Numbered from the stretch's first letter, positions 1 to 14,233 are shown. The stretch: 64,000 nt of DNA from Flaccisagitta enflata (GCA_965153355.1 OZ231126.1:20708001-20772000), one strand, 5' to 3'. The notes: generated by a model from the letters alone, not told the origin. Numbers and translations: made by a program.

Positions 1-34
1 TGATCTAGATAATAAATGGTCATAGATATATTCA

Positions 35-180
35 TAACTATTACTGATATACTACTGATAACTATTACTGATAACTATTACTGATAACTATTATTGATAA
101 CTATTACTGATAACTATTACTGATAACTATTGCTGATAACTATTACTGGTCATAGATATATTCATAACTATTACTGATAA
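35..180. repeat. 13-bp minisatellite (ACTATTACTGATA)n
   Basis: Direct tandem copies are visible. Confidence 0.85.
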
Positions 181-256
181 AGAAAGAGACAACAGTAAAT
201 GGGCCAAAAAGAAAATATGATGCAAGACTAATGAGGATGAATTAAATCATCATTAC

Positions 257-568
257 CCATATTGCTCTGCAGGTGCATTAGGCAATAGAACGGGAAAATC
301 TGGGTCTGGTACTTTTGCTCAGATGCAGTTAAATCTGTTCTGGAAAAGTGTGGCTGCAATTCTTCTTTGTACTCCTCAAAAATTCTGTGTAGAGCTGCAT
401 TGACAATAGCCTGGTCTGTATTCATACTTTGCAAGCGACTAATGATATCTGCTATTACTTCAAGAATGCTTCTGCCACTAGCTAAACCACTGATGACAAT
501 TTGTTGAAGGGTTTCAATCAAAGTCTCTAGCTGAGAAGGAGCATCTTCTGCCGTTATTGCACGCATTC
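257..568 (-). CDS. Next exon of the transposase-like gene (second Asp and CxxH)
   Basis: Acceptor ttttcctccccAG|GA at 568 joins in frame (YTL-G-MRAI). Contains SMNTDQA and FYCLMH. Donor G|GTAATG at 257. The gene continues off the window. Confidence 0.7.
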
Positions 569-2348
569 CTGGGGAGGAAAAGTTGAAAGATATTTTTGAG
601 TGGCGGGCCTTGAGGGACCAATGACCTATGGTTCCATCTATGGAAATTTCTGTCTCTCTATTTTCCAATTTAACTTCCCTTTGCTAAAGCTATTTGAGGC
701 CTCAAATCAGCCTTTGCAGGCCACAAATCAACCCTCTCAGGCCTCAAATAAATCCTCCTAGGCCTAAAATCACCATACGTAAGCCTATATCAATCATTTC
801 AGACCTCAAATCAGCTATAAGGCCCTCAGCCCCAAATTGGCTCTCTCAGACCTTATAACAGCCCTCTTGTTGAGAAAAAAGTTTAAGTCAGTCTTTGACT
901 TTTTCACAAAGGGCCCCAAAGGGCTTTCACACATATGGGGAATTTTCTCCTCCTTCTCCTCCTCCTTCTTCTCATTCGCACCCCCCCCTCTAATCCCTGT
1001 CTTGAGGCCCAAATTCCTGTCTTGAAGCCCAAATCCTAGTCTTGAGACCCTAATCCCAGTCTTGAGGCTCAAGTTCTAGCCTCAAGGCCCAAAACTTATC
1101 CTGTAGGCCCAGATCCCTGCCTTGAGGCCCAAATCTCAGCCTCAAGGTCCAAATCCCAGCCAAGAGGCCCAGATCCAAACCTCAAAGCTAAGGTATAGAC
1201 ACATTTGTTTTTGAATGTGAGATTTTCACTGCCACCACCATTTTTTCACAGTGTAGATAAATCAATTGGACGCCTTCATTGAGCTACCCAGAACTTGTGG
1301 ATGGCTAGTCTGGTTGAAAATTTGCATGGAAATATCATAGGTTTGATGTTTTTAGTGTAAACAGTATCAATAATATAAATGGTCCAATATCAATATGTGG
1401 GTAAAAATACCTCTTTTTCTGGATATATTTCTCTTTTATCTCTAGATAAGCCTCACGAAAAATTCTTAATTTGCATGGAAAATGACTAATTCAAAAAACT
1501 AAAAACATGGCTTTGTCCAAAGACACATAAGAAGAGAGCCATGTTCTTGGAAATGCAAAAAGTTCAATTTGGAAGCAGATTAAGGATTTTTCTCTTAACA
1601 ATTTTTATCACTCATTTTTCAATAAATCAATTTCCTATTCCCTTTCTTTTTCCCAGTATGTTGTTCATAAAACGTATCCCTGCCTAAAATCTGGACTTTA
1701 AGAGTGCATTGATGTGATTGCTGCACATAATCAGCAGAGCAAGGCAATACTGTGAAGGAATATCCCTTCAGTAGTGCTAAAATATAACCGGTAAAAATAT
1801 CCCACAATTACGCCGAGCGTGTCGTATGGCCTCAAGGCACCTGGGCCTCCAGGCTAGGATTTAGGCCATGAGGCTAGAATTTGGGCCTCAAGACTGGGAT
1901 TGGGGTCTCGAGACTGGGATTAGAGAGGAAGGGACGGAGGAGAAGAAGGAGGAGAAAATTCACCATTTATGTGAAAGCATAGGTCATCGACGCTGCCCTG
2001 CTTCCCCTTTGACTTAAAGCACAACCTACTCAGGCAGGGCACGGGTAGCGCTGACCATCTAATGCTTTTGCAACTATTATTCTCTTACAGGAAAGTTGAG
2101 GGTCTCGATAGACCAAATAGGTCCCAGATCAGCCATCTCAAGCCTCATAAGAGCTCCCTCAAGCCTCAAATCAGTTTACTCAGACCTTAATCAACCCTCT
2201 CAGGGCTGTAACAGCCCTCAGGCCTCAAATCAGCCCCCCTATGCTTAAAATTTGTCTTCTCAGACCTCAAATCAGCCTTTTAAGATTGGAGATTGGCCCT
2301 CTTGAGCTTCAATAAAACTCTCGTATACCACAAATCAGCATAGATTAC

Positions 2349-3131
2349 CTAACGTGTATGAGCTGCCATCTTTGAAATGGACTTGAGACCCCCAGAAACT
2401 TATGTTGTTGTGAGTTGCAGTATCCATTGTTAAGGTAATCTGTTTCTCATTCAGCATTCTTTCTGTTAATTGCCGGTTCACAATGAGATCTGCCTCTTTA
2501 AGGACCGTGGCAACCCAACGATCAGATGGAACTCTTTCTAGGGTAACTCCTGCCATTTGTCTCAAGACTATCTCAATCGCCTTTACGGTGTCTTTTGCAG
2601 ATAAGCCTTTCTCTAAGAGCTCCAGTGCACATATTCTTATTTCATCTGAATAGCTTCCATTCTCAAATGCACTGATTTCCGATTTTTCTACCAATTCATT
2701 TAATTGTTCCAATCGAGTGATCTCTTTGTCTTTATTCTGAACTTTCTTTCTCAATTGCTTGATGACATCATCGTACTCTGCCTTTTGTGAATCAATCCTC
2801 TTTTCCATGTCAACTTTTTGCTTCTTTGACTTGCACTTTTGTATTTGCATTTTCCGTATTTTCTTCTGCTTGATATCCTTTTTTTGTTCCACTTTTCCAC
2901 GTTTCTTGGCTTCCTGACTGAGTTTCTTGGCTGTTACTTTACTATCCCTTTTAGCTATCTTTAGCTGTTTTCGCATTTCTTGAACTTGAAGCCGTAGTTT
3001 TTGAATCTTCTTCTCACGCACGCTAATTTTTCGTGCAGCAGCTTGATTTTTGCTCTTACTAGTATTTTGAAACACTCTTCTCCTTTCCAAATTGATACGT
3101 TCAGAGGAAGGTTGAGGATTGGCATCTCCAC
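2349..3131 (-). CDS. Exon of DDE transposase-like gene (coiled coil, helical region, first catalytic Asp)
   Basis: Acceptor CCAG|G at 3131, donor G|GTAATC at 2349. Encodes a K/E-rich coiled coil, FENGSYSDEIR..LELL, RVPS, ITLTMDTAT and SYTLG. Confidence 0.7.
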
Positions 3132-3199
3132 CTGGTAATATCAATGCTGATTAGAGTTCCTGTTTTTCTGCCTAATTCATTTGTATTCTGAAAATGATG

Positions 3200-3432
3200 A
3201 TAATGATGATAATCTTGGAAAAATCCTCGTGACGCCATGGTCAAGTGAGAATTGATCAAAGATATTTGCTGAAATAGAAAGTTTATGATGATAATCTTGG
3301 AAAAACCCTCGTGACGCCATGGTCAAGTGAGAATTGATCAAAGATATTTGTTGAAATAGAAAGCTTATGATGATGATCTTGGAAAAACCCTCGTGACGCC
3401 ATGGTCAAATGAGAATTAATCTAAGATATTTG
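3200..3432. repeat. About 82-bp tandem repeat, three copies
   Basis: CTCGTGACGCCATGGTCAA recurs at about 3226, 3308 and 3390. A further isolated copy lies near 10165. Confidence 0.85.
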
Positions 3433-3689
3433 GTAATTGGACAACCCATAGATAAATCGATGTTGGAATGTTTCATTCTGAAGAAATATTTCAGTAGACT
3501 GTCTTCATAGCGGGGTGAAATCCAAATATCGCAGCAGGATGAAATATCTCAGTAGGTGAGATATCTCATATCTCAGCAGAGTATAATATCTGAATACAAT
3601 GACATCAGGATATTATACTATTTAAAGCTTCTTAAGAATTCATGGTTCCATGATATGATACCATCTTTTCACATTCTTGAGATATTCTA

Positions 3690-4450
3690 TTCTGCATCAA
3701 AATCACCAACAGCCAGGACTTAAACCAACTGACCAATCATCTAATCCACCTACAATACCATCACCCTGCAAAAAAATCACCAATGACCAGGACTTAAACC
3801 AACTAACCACCAACCACTTAACCCGCCTAAAACATCATCATTGTGCATCAAAATCATCAACAACCAGGATTTAAACCAACCAATAATCATACCCATATAA
3901 AGCCCCATCACCATGCATCAAAATCACCAACCTCCAGGACTTAAACCAACTGACCAAGCACCACCCACTCAACCCACCTAAAACACCATCACATTGCATC
4001 AAAATCACCAATGACCCGGATTTTAACCAATCAAACACCCACTAACCATCCAACCCAGCTAAAACACTGTGCATCAAAATCACCAATTATCCACCTAACC
4101 CACCTAAAGCACTATCACCATACATCAAAATTACCAACCACCAGGACAAACCAACCTACCATTACTCCCCAAAAACACCACCATGCTTCAAAATCACCAA
4201 CAATCAGGACTTAAACCAACAAACCACCCACCTAAAACACCATCACCATGCATCAAAATCACTAACTAACAAAACTGACCACCCACCAACACCTAAACCA
4301 GCTAAATCTCCATTACCATGCATTAAAATCACCAACAATCAGGACTTTAACTAACCAACCATCTACCTAACCCACCTAAAACACCATCACTGTGCATCAA
4401 AATCACCAACCACCAGGATTTAAACCAACCACCAAGCGCACCTTTAACAC
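3690..4450. repeat. Degenerate C/A-rich tandem repeat (about 70-80 bp unit)
   Basis: CATCAAAATCACCAAC..CCAGGACTTAAACCAAC recurs about ten times. Two more units lie at 8325-8460. Confidence 0.8.
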
Positions 4451-5169
4451 CACCAGCATTACGCCGATTCAGGAACACCCAATTTTTTATTTCAATCGCG
4501 ACAATGGGCTAAATTTGTTGATTTTTGTTAGAATAACACCCCCTGAAAATTTTAGTATCCTAAACAAATGAGACCAAAAAGCATGTTGGATTTGAAATTC
4601 TCTAAATTTGTGCATATGCGGTAAATTCAATTTTCATGGTCGTTTTATTTTTGTTACTTGTTGCAATCTTGGTTCGAAAATCAAATCAATTGATGAGTGA
4701 ATGCATTGATTCATTTCTTTAAAACTAAACAAAAAACTAACAATTTTCATCTTTTCAAATGGGAACGGTCATGTGAAGGCGACAATTTAACTATGGTGGG
4801 TTATAATGTAGCTCGACGCAAGTCTGACCTTTCTCTTCTTTGCGTCATCATGGTTTTGTACAGGTACTGTTGTTGCTATTCGTCTCTAGTAATTATTCCA
4901 GAGTAGTCAGTGACAAGCTGGACACAGTGTCCAGCTACTGTGTTTGTGAAATGGAAGTTTACCGCAAATTGGCAAAGGCGCTGAAATTGTTTTTCAGTTC
5001 TTTAGTAAGGAAGAGTGGGTCAAAGTTGAGAAGTTGAAACACCGATCGTGTTCGCGGACCCGAGGCGAGATCAACGAACGATGTTTGATTAAGGGGCCTA
5101 TGACCTTTGCTTTCACATATGCAGAAATTTTTCTTTCTCCTCCTCCTTCTTTTTCGTACCCCCCCCCCT

Positions 5170-6270
5170 TGAGGCCCAAATCCTAGTCTTGAGGCCCAAA
5201 TTCCAGCCTCGAAGCTCAAAACCCAGCCTCGAAGCTCAAAACCTAGCCTTGAAGCTTAAATCCCAGCCTCGAAGCTCATATCCCAGCCTCGAAGCTCATA
5301 TCCCAGCCTCGAAGCTCATATCCCAGCCTCGAAGCTCAAATTCCAGCCTTGAAGCTCAAATTCCAGCCTCGAAGTTCAAATTCCAGCCTTGAAGCTCAAA
5401 TCCCAGCCTTGAAGCTCAAATTCCAGCCTTGAAGCTAAAATTCCAGCCCTGAAGCTCAAATCCCAGCCTCAAAGCTCAAATCCCAGCTTCGAAGCTCAAA
5501 TCCTAGCCTCAGAAGCTCAAATCCCAGCCTCGGAAGCTCAATTCCCAGCCTCGGAAGCTCAAATCCCAGCCTCAAAGCTCAAATCTCAGCCTCAGAAGCT
5601 CAAATCCCAGCCTCAAAGCTCAAATCTCAGCCTCAGAAGCTCAAATCCCAGCCTCAGAAGCTCAAATTCCAGCCTTGAAGCTCAAATCCCAGCCTTGAAG
5701 CTCAAATTCCAGCCTTGAAGCTAAAATCCCAGCCCTGAAGCTCAAATCCCAGCCTCGAAGCTCAAATCCTAGCCTCGAAGCTCAAATCCCAGCCTCGAAG
5801 CTCAAATCCTAGCCTCAGAAGCTCAAATCCCAGCCTCAGAAGCTCAAATCCCAGCCTCGGAAGCTCAAATCCCAGCCTCAGAAGCTCAAATCCCAGCCTC
5901 GGAAGCTCAAATCCCAGCCTCAGAAGCTCTAATCCCAGCCTCGGAAGCTCAAATCCCAGCCTCAAGACTCAAATCCCAGCCTCGAGGCTCAAATCCCAGC
6001 CTCGAGGCCCAATTTCTAGTCTTGAGGCCCAAATCCTAGTCTTGCGGCCCAAATCCCATTTTCGAAGCCAGAATCCTGAACCCTAGTCTTGAGGCCCAAA
6101 TCCTATTCTCGATGCAGAATCCTAGTCTCCAGGCTCAAATCCCGGCCATGAAGCCTCAAATCCCAGCCATGAAGCCTCAAAGCTTAAATTCCGGCCTTGA
6201 GGCTCAAAGCCTAGCCTCCAGCCTCAAATCCTAGCCTCCAGGCCCTAATCCCAGCCTGAAGGCTCAAATA
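5170..6270. repeat. 20/21-bp minisatellite (GAAGCTCAAATCCCAGCCTC)n expanded inside a dispersed short element
   Basis: Long tandem array. The flanks match the dispersed family seen at about 910-1190, 1830-2080 and 37345-37800. Confidence 0.9.
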
Positions 6271-7008
6271 GAATCAGCTTAGGTCATTGGCCTGTTCGGG
6301 GCTGCTGCCCCACTAACCACCTCACACCCACGTATACTCACAAAGGGCAACGGGAACCGCTGACCATCTAACACTTTTGCGACTATTATTTCTGAATTTC
6401 ATGTTTCCCAAAACATTAGAAAAAATCATGAAGAAAAATTCTAAAATGAATACTATCAACTTAAGTCTTAACCGTAAACGGAACTAACTCTTATAGACAA
6501 AAAGAAAATATTGGTTTTATGCTAATGGTATGTTAGTTTGGAATGCCTTGATATCTTGGCTATCATTGTCAACATTAACATAAATTCCTTAGGACTAGTA
6601 TCGTTTTTTCAAAAGCGCGTCATGGTCGCCATGGTATTTGTCTTGTTCAGTCATAGTCGGCATTGATAAAGATAAAGACTAGTATTAAGTCGTCGTTGTT
6701 GTTGTTATTGTTATTGTATTGTTTAGAGTTTGGAGTTTCAAACAAAATCATCTAGTGGCATATAACGGATGTATAATTGAGATTATATGCATAGTAGGTT
6801 GCGTATAAGTGGAGTTTTTAGCCAAAAAAACGCTTTTTAACGTTTTTTTTTAGTAGTATTACAATTACTACTATTTTCTAAGATGAAATGAGTTTTCCAG
6901 TGCCTGTGATGCATCGTTGACTCTTTAAGAAAATACTTGAGCAAAGCATGGTTATGGATTAGGATTATTAAAAGCATGGCCATTGACGTGCTATCTCCGT
7001 TTTGTCAC

Positions 7009-7045
<37 letters not shown>

Positions 7046-7439
7046 AACAGACATAGACAAGAAGAACTTGATTCTGGACTCATTTCAGCATTTCTTTTGG
7101 GATGATACAAACTTGATATAAGCATGAGGGAGAATTATCGATCATTTATTTTACTTTTTTTTTTGTTTTAACAAAACAAATCAATTAGTGAAATATATTT
7201 AACTATAAAATATAGTAAATGAGATAATTACAAAAAATTTGATTAATAAAATATGAGTAAAAAACATTGAATATAAATGAAAAAGATGAAAAAAGTGACA
7301 ACAGAATTATTAAAAGAATGGTAATTTGAAAGGGAAAAAAAATTGTAAAAAGTATTGAATCAAATATCAAAATGAAAAACAAAAAAAAAACAAATGAAAA
7401 ATGAAACATCGAAAATGAAAAGTGAAAATTAAAAAAGTG

Positions 7440-7560
7440 AAAAGTGAAAAGTGTAGTGTAAAGTTTAAAATGAAAAATGAAAATGAAAAATGAAAAATGA
7501 AAAATGAAAAATGAAAAATGAAAAATGAAAAATGAAAAATGAAAAATGAAAACTGATGAA
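7440..7560. repeat. (TGAAAAA)n heptamer repeat
   Basis: Direct tandem copies. Confidence 0.85.
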
Positions 7561-8496
7561 AACAACAAAAATAAATAAAAATAAGGAATGAAAATAATCT
7601 TTTGATATTAACAAAAAATTCTGGAAATTTTTATTAAATTATCAAAATGATCACCGAAAATCCACTATGAATTCCCTAAATCTTACTACTCCCTCAATGC
7701 CAAGTGAAAAAACCTGAAAAACGCCAATGGGAAACTCATTTTAGCGCCAAATACGTTTTTGCGTCTCATCTGCCACTTCCGGTAGAGGTGGCGTATAAAA
7801 AAGCGTATAGGTAAACTCTAGTATTGTTATTGTTATTGTTATTGTTGTCGTTGTCGTTGTTGTTGTTGTTGTTGTTGCTGTTGTTGTTGTCGTTGTTATC
7901 GTTGTTGTTCTTGTTATTATTATTGTTTTCATTATTGTTGTGGTTGTTGTTTTTGTTTCTTCTTTTTTTATTTTGCTGCTTGTGGAAAAAGTTATAAAAA
8001 AATCCGCTTTTGTGACCTAATGGTAAAAAATTTCTGCCCCAAAAGCGCATCTGAGTCGTAATAATTTATAGATAGTCAGCCCATGTCAAATTCCATGCTG
8101 CTACACAGGTTTCTCCCGGGTCTTTATTGAGATAATGCATAAAAATGAAAAAAACTGCCTTTTACAGCTTTTTTAAAACTCCAAGGTCCATATGCTTTTT
8201 GGTTTCGGTTATTTATCATCCTGAAATTTTCAGGGGACATTATACTAATGAAATTCAACATTTCTAGCCCATTGTAGCGACTGTGGAATGAAAAAAAGTG
8301 TTCTTGAATCGGCGTAACCAGCATGCATCAAAATTACCAACAACCAGGACTTAAATCAACCAACTACACACCAAACCCTCCTAAAATACCATCACCATAC
8401 ATCAAAATCACCAAGAACTAGAACCTAAACCAACTGACTATCCACCAACCACCTATCCCACCCACACTTCAATAGCAAATCTTAAAATGATATAAC

Positions 8497-9388
8497 CTGG
8501 AATCTCATGAGGTTTAAAGAAAGTGTTGAGGAGAAAGGATTCTCTTTTTGCTGGTTTCTTCCTCCATTTTCTTTCCTCTCTTTGAGCATATTTCAAACGC
8601 GCCAGCAAAGTTTTATCACTGACGTTTTGACTTGACTGCAACCTTTTTACTGCATCAACTCCCGACTTGAGGTTCATATCTTTTGTAAGTTGAAGAACAT
8701 CCCCATATGTAAGAGTGAGGGTTCCAGAAGTGTGAGCGCAGGACGAACAAGCCGTGATAGAAGGTTGAGCATTGTGAGAAGGGGGAACTGGACTAGTAGA
8801 ACTGGAGCTTGATTCTGCCAACGATTGATTATGGTCTGAAACTCTATCACTCTCTGGATCATCATAAGCAAGGGGTGTTGTCTGCAACGCGAAATTGGGG
8901 CTATGGTCATGAGGGTATTGTGAGGTTGAGGCATTGTCTGAGCAAATGGAGGTTCTTGATATCGATTTTGCTATCGACGAGAACTGAGATGATAAGATCC
9001 TTGGGAGCTAGGATTGTCTTGAGAATCATAGTTTGGTTGGGATGAAGCTGCTATTGATGAGGGCTGAGACGCTTGTAGGGTTTGGGAGCACGGATTGTCC
9101 TTTGACTTGGAGTATGGTTGAGATGAAACTGTTGAGGACTGTGATGGAGGGGAGCTTTGAGAGCAGGGATTGTCCTTTGACTCGGTGTATGGTGGAGATG
9201 AAACTAAGGAGGAGGACTGTGATGGAGGGGAGCAGGGATTGTCCATAGACTCAGAGTATGGTTGAGATAAAACTGTTGATGAGGACTGTGATGAAGGGGA
9301 GCTTTGGGAGCAGGTAATGTCTTGAGACTCATAATACGGTACAGTCGAAGCAAGGGAAGTAATTGAATTGGATGAGCCAACCGTTGAA

Positions 9389-9444
<56 letters not shown>

Positions 9445-9490
9445 CGATGATGATGATGATGATGAAATTGATGAAATTGATGATGATGAC
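8497..9490 (-). CDS. Probable upstream exon of the same gene (poly-Ser and Ser/Pro repeats, basic region), apparent frameshift near 8995
   Basis: Acceptor ttttgcAG|G at 9490. Phase-1 donor CCA G|GTTATA at 8497 is compatible with the 3131 acceptor. Two open frames meet at about 8995. Confidence 0.5.
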
Positions 9491-12400
9491 CTGCAAAATT
9501 AGATGGATTACTTTATCAACTGTGGACAAGTGATTCTACAACCCCCCTGTATTGGTTCATCCAACTATTAATCTGTCTGTCTGTATGTACTTAAATTGGT
9601 TTACTGTTGTTTTTATCATTCTCATGGGGTTTTAAGTCAGTTTGAGATGTGTTCATGTGTATTTTTAGATGCGGTATGGCATCTTTATAAGAGAGTATAA
9701 TTTAGTCCTTCCTGGTGGATTTCAAGGCTCAAATTGAAACTGGTGGGGTTCAAGGCTTGATTTGAAACTGGTTGGTTTCAAGGCTGAAACTTAAACTAGT
9801 GGGTTTCAAGGCATTAATTGAAACTGGAGGGTACCAAGACTTGAATTGAAACTGGCGGGCATGAACAGAAACTGTTGGGTTCAAATTGAAACTGGTTGGT
9901 TTCAGGATTTAATTGAAACTGGTGGAGTCAGGTCAATAAATATATCTATGTCTCACACACAACTTATAGGTGCTGGCCTTCTATATAACTATTTCAACAT
10001 CCCAACCTACCAAACTAGCTTACCACCCATAAGACCCATGTAGTTACACCCCACTTTAATGAACTCAAGAGGATAAATACAGAAATGAAAGCTGGATCAA
10101 AAACATGGTACATTCAACCATATGCAAGAGCATAAAAAGATTTTCTTGATAACTTCAGAGCAATCCTTGTGACGCCATGGTCAAATAAGGAATAAATCTG
10201 AAATTATGATGTTCAGACTTTGAAATTGGATCAATCATAAGAGTTTGGAAGCACTTATCAACATTAAATTCTTCACCTTGACTTGGAAACGCCAAAGTCT
10301 CCATCAACACATTCACTATAATGACGCTTCCGCATCTTTGCTTTTATGAGAGAAGAAAGTTCACTCAAAGTATATGGTTGTTTGAATCCACTGGGTAAAA
10401 CATGGAATATAGCAAGCAATTACATAAGGCATCCAATACAGCAAGAATTCCAGCATACATGCCACCTTGGGGGGTCACAAGCTATCTTAACTTTTGGTTT
10501 AGACGTCAATTTGACCTTGTTTTATTGAAAATCGCCAAGTGCCTGGGCTTTTTTTTGTGTTAGTTATTATCAACAAAGAAATTAAAAGCAAAAAGTGTTC
10601 TTTTTGCTTTCCTCTTGCTCTCTGTTTTAGCGGCCCTCTAGAGGCACAAGGCAGAAAACGCAAAAAAATGTGAACATCGGGAATTATTGCGGCAGCAGCG
10701 TCAGAGGCAGTGGCAGAGGATTTGGAATAAGCTGCTGTGTCTTGATAGTTGAGGAATTTATGATAATAGTACTTATTTAAAACTCAAAAGCGCTAGGCGT
10801 TTTACATGGAACCGAGCATTGCCCACTTGCAAACAGCAAATTAAAACAGCCCCTCATTCATTTATCTGTTTCTTTAACTGGTGCTATGCATTTTTAGCTG
10901 AAAATTTCATGCCTAACACAAGTTATTCTATGTCCACTACAAAGTTGATGCCCCTATAATCAGACTCAAATGCTTGTCAGATTCAAAAATCCATGAAGTC
11001 AATGAAAAAACATGAACATGAATGGAAAGAACAAGTGTTTAGCAATTCATTGGAAAACAAGCGAGATATGCAGCCACTATAGTAGCATGAAGGTGAGCAA
11101 CAGTGACAAGGCAAGAAATCTTACCATCTTAGCCATGAAAATACAGACAGCTTCAACGTGTCATAACTGACTAAATCGCAATCGCAATGGTATGATTTTT
11201 TTTCTCAAAATTTGCATCTTCAAAAAGTCTATCAAATGAGAACAAGCTTGTTGCTATATCTTTAGTTTTTAGTCGCGTGCAAGGCGACTCTACACCCCGC
11301 TTTGTCGGTCAGTCGGTCCATCCGTCCATCTATCACACTTTATCTTTGTTTTTGTTTTTGCGGTCTCGGGCCTCACTGCTCCTGGCCAAATGATCAAGTG
11401 ACCTCAAATACGGCCCCTGCCCACCGGTACGCAACTGGAGTAGCCATGTATCTGGCCTTGTTTAGAAATGAGAGCAGAACAAAGAAAACATTTACTTTTT
11501 GCAAGTGTGGGGAGGCAATTTTTTCCTTATTAAGGATAGCGCACTGATGCACTGCACCAAATGTACAAAGAAATGGGATTGGAATGGAGTTAAGCTCTTT
11601 ATGGGTTGGTAGGGACCAATCTGGATATCACTCTAGTCAAAAACTTGTGGAGTTAAACAAAATAGCATAAAGAGCAAGGCTGAAAAAAGTGGTGTAACAG
11701 GTTAGGAACAACATCACTCCAGAGTACCTCCACTCTCTCTTTAGGTCAATGCCACAGCATGTGCAGGTGGCAATGAATGCCAAAGACAGTGATGCTTAAT
11801 ATTAGTTGGGTTTTTTCATGTTTTCTTTCTACTTCTAGTCAATAAACAAACTTATACACCTACTGTCTGTAAACTTATGGCAAGGATGGGAGAAGAAATG
11901 CATGGACAAAGACATTCAGCTATTTTCGGACTTTCATTGAAGCTTTCAAGGTGATGGGTTTCTTTTCCCCTTGAATCTCGAAAGAAATCGACTGAACTGG
12001 CTCCTTCTGAGCTTGCCAATTCAAAATCATTATCAGCCACTTCTGTCCCAATCGGTTGAGGTGGATGCGTTGACGAGAAACCCCAAAATCCTCATAGAGT
12101 TCACTTCGAAGTTCGTAGCGGGTTATCTTCTTAGGTTGACACCCAAGGCGCGCTTTCTCCTCGTGGTACTCGCTCTTGTGAACAGCGAAGCTCTTCCAGC
12201 AAGACACATGCTGATGTTGTCCTTCCTCCACGGGCATGATGGATTCTAGAAGCAATTGAAACAAGGCCGGATACACGGCTATCTTAGTCACATGAGTTGG
12301 GCAGGAGCAGCGCTGGAGAGGGTCACTTGGGTATCTGGGCAGGAGCTGTATGCTCAAGAAGCTCAAAAACGCCGAAAAAGTAAAAAGGCGACCAACCGAC

Positions 12401-13229
12401 CAATCGACCAACCAACCAACCGACCAATGGACCCACATGTGAGGTGTAGAGTCGCGTAGCACACAACTAAAATGCACCATGTATCTTTATCCACTGCGGT
12501 CAAAACATGGAAAATATGCACAACATCAGCAACAATATTGCCTTTAGGACAAAAGAAGTGTTGCAAAACCAGCCATTAGAATATACATGTGGCCAACCAG
12601 CCAACAAGCCAACTGGTCAACTGACTCACGGATGGATGAGTTTTGGAAGATAAAAAAAACACATGGCTTCCCTAGTCGTGTGTAAGTGGGCAGGAGCAAT
12701 GCTGGAGAAAGTCATAAGGGCATCTGGGCAGGAGCAGTAAGCTCAAAAAGCTAAAAAACGCCGAAAAATTAAAAAGGGAACCAAAACTGTAAAGAGGACC
12801 AAAGAAGTAAATAGGGGACTGACCAACTGACCAACAGAGCGACGTATTGGGGTGTAGTGGCGTAGCACACAACTAAAACATGTAGGTGTGAAGTGGATGC
12901 TTCATCAGTGGAATTTTCATCGTGGCTCTACTTGATGCTGCGGGCATGTGAAGGCTACTGTAAGGATTAGGATATTTGTTTCAATCCAAAAAAGTTGCAG
13001 AACCTACACTTCAGCATATGTTGTGATCATCTCTGCTAGCTGAAACTGAATGGTGCCAAATTCCAATAGGAGGATTGATGGACAAATCTGGGTGTTGATC
13101 TTGTTTCAGGTCCTTACTTAAATTATTGCATCAACAAAAACATTCAAAAATTTTAAGGAGCAGGAAACCTTATTTTTCACATTGAAGATCCAATGACCTC
13201 ATCATGTTTAACCTCATTGAAACTGCAAA

Positions 13230-13828
13230 ACCATCTTGACACATGCAATTGAGGTGATAGTTGTTTCAGACCGCAGTATTCATCACCAGATAAGAATTGC
13301 CTTTAACCTTGTTTTTCAGGAAATGTTCAGCTACCGCACCTGGCAAACTGAGTCAATCACTATCTTTCCTCTCACATGCTACCTAGGAAGAATTGTTGGA
13401 AAAGCGCGCAGAAAAGTTCTGTTACAGCATCAGAAACAATTCAATTTTGAATACAAGATTTGCATTGGATGACCTTGGATGACTGGTAGTTATCTATTGT
13501 AGTTATCAGCCCTGTTTTTAGTTGCGGACACGCAACTCTATAAGAGGCTTTGTCCATCCGTTGGTTGGTTGGTCGGTTGGTCGGTCCGTGGTGATTGAGT
13601 TGAAAAGTGGGAAAACGCGCATTTCTGCCCCTGCCCACCTGTCCGCAACTGGTGGCCGTGTATCCGGCCTTGTTTGTTCACTGCTTCATATTCATGTGAT
13701 ATGAACTAATATATAGTCAAAATCTAATGTATATATACGCCATCGGTCCATCAGAGTAGAGGTACCTATGTCAACAATGTTCCAACGTCTTCTCACACAG
13801 AGGAAAGATGCATTGAGTTGGTTCGTGG
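13230..13828 (+). pseudogene. Decayed BEL/Pao pol (RT, left of gypsy insertion)
   Basis: GTYVNNVPTSSHTEERCIELVR (degenerate YVDD motif) runs up to the TSD. Upstream VIVVSDRSIHHQIRI resembles the BEL RT D..MFHQI motif. The left boundary is uncertain. Confidence 0.65.
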
Positions 13829-14233
13829 TGTAAGGGCCTATATCTTGCGGGCCTTACCTTCTTCCACGTAGGCTTGAACCCGATCGCTTGATTGAGTTCC
13901 TTTGTAACTAATTAACTATCGAATGTTAATTGATATTTGTCTTCTTAGATTGCTTGGTTCTCTGCTATGATCTAGGCAAAGAAATACAAAGTGGAAGGTA
14001 GTTAACGCGGGACGAAAAAGGGCCTCTGTGCCAGATAGCCAGTTCTAGAGTCTTAGTTAAGTATCCAGGCAAATAAGCCACAGGGGGCAAACGTAAGGGC
14101 TACAAAACTAAATGGTACCAAAACATATCAGACACGAACAGTAAGGCATTTAAATTAAAGCAATGGCACATTGAAAATAGTTTTCATAGTCAGGATTCAC
14201 AGTTCTGCATATTGCACAAAATCGTCGCTCATA
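13829..14233 (-). repeat. 3' LTR
   Basis: Plus-strand TGTAAGGGCC...CGCTCATA. A purine-rich tract lies immediately upstream on the minus strand. Confidence 0.96.

Noticed and set aside
11880-12250. BEL gag remnant
   Set aside because: The position fits, but the zinc-knuckle cysteines are not recognisable. It is too decayed to call.
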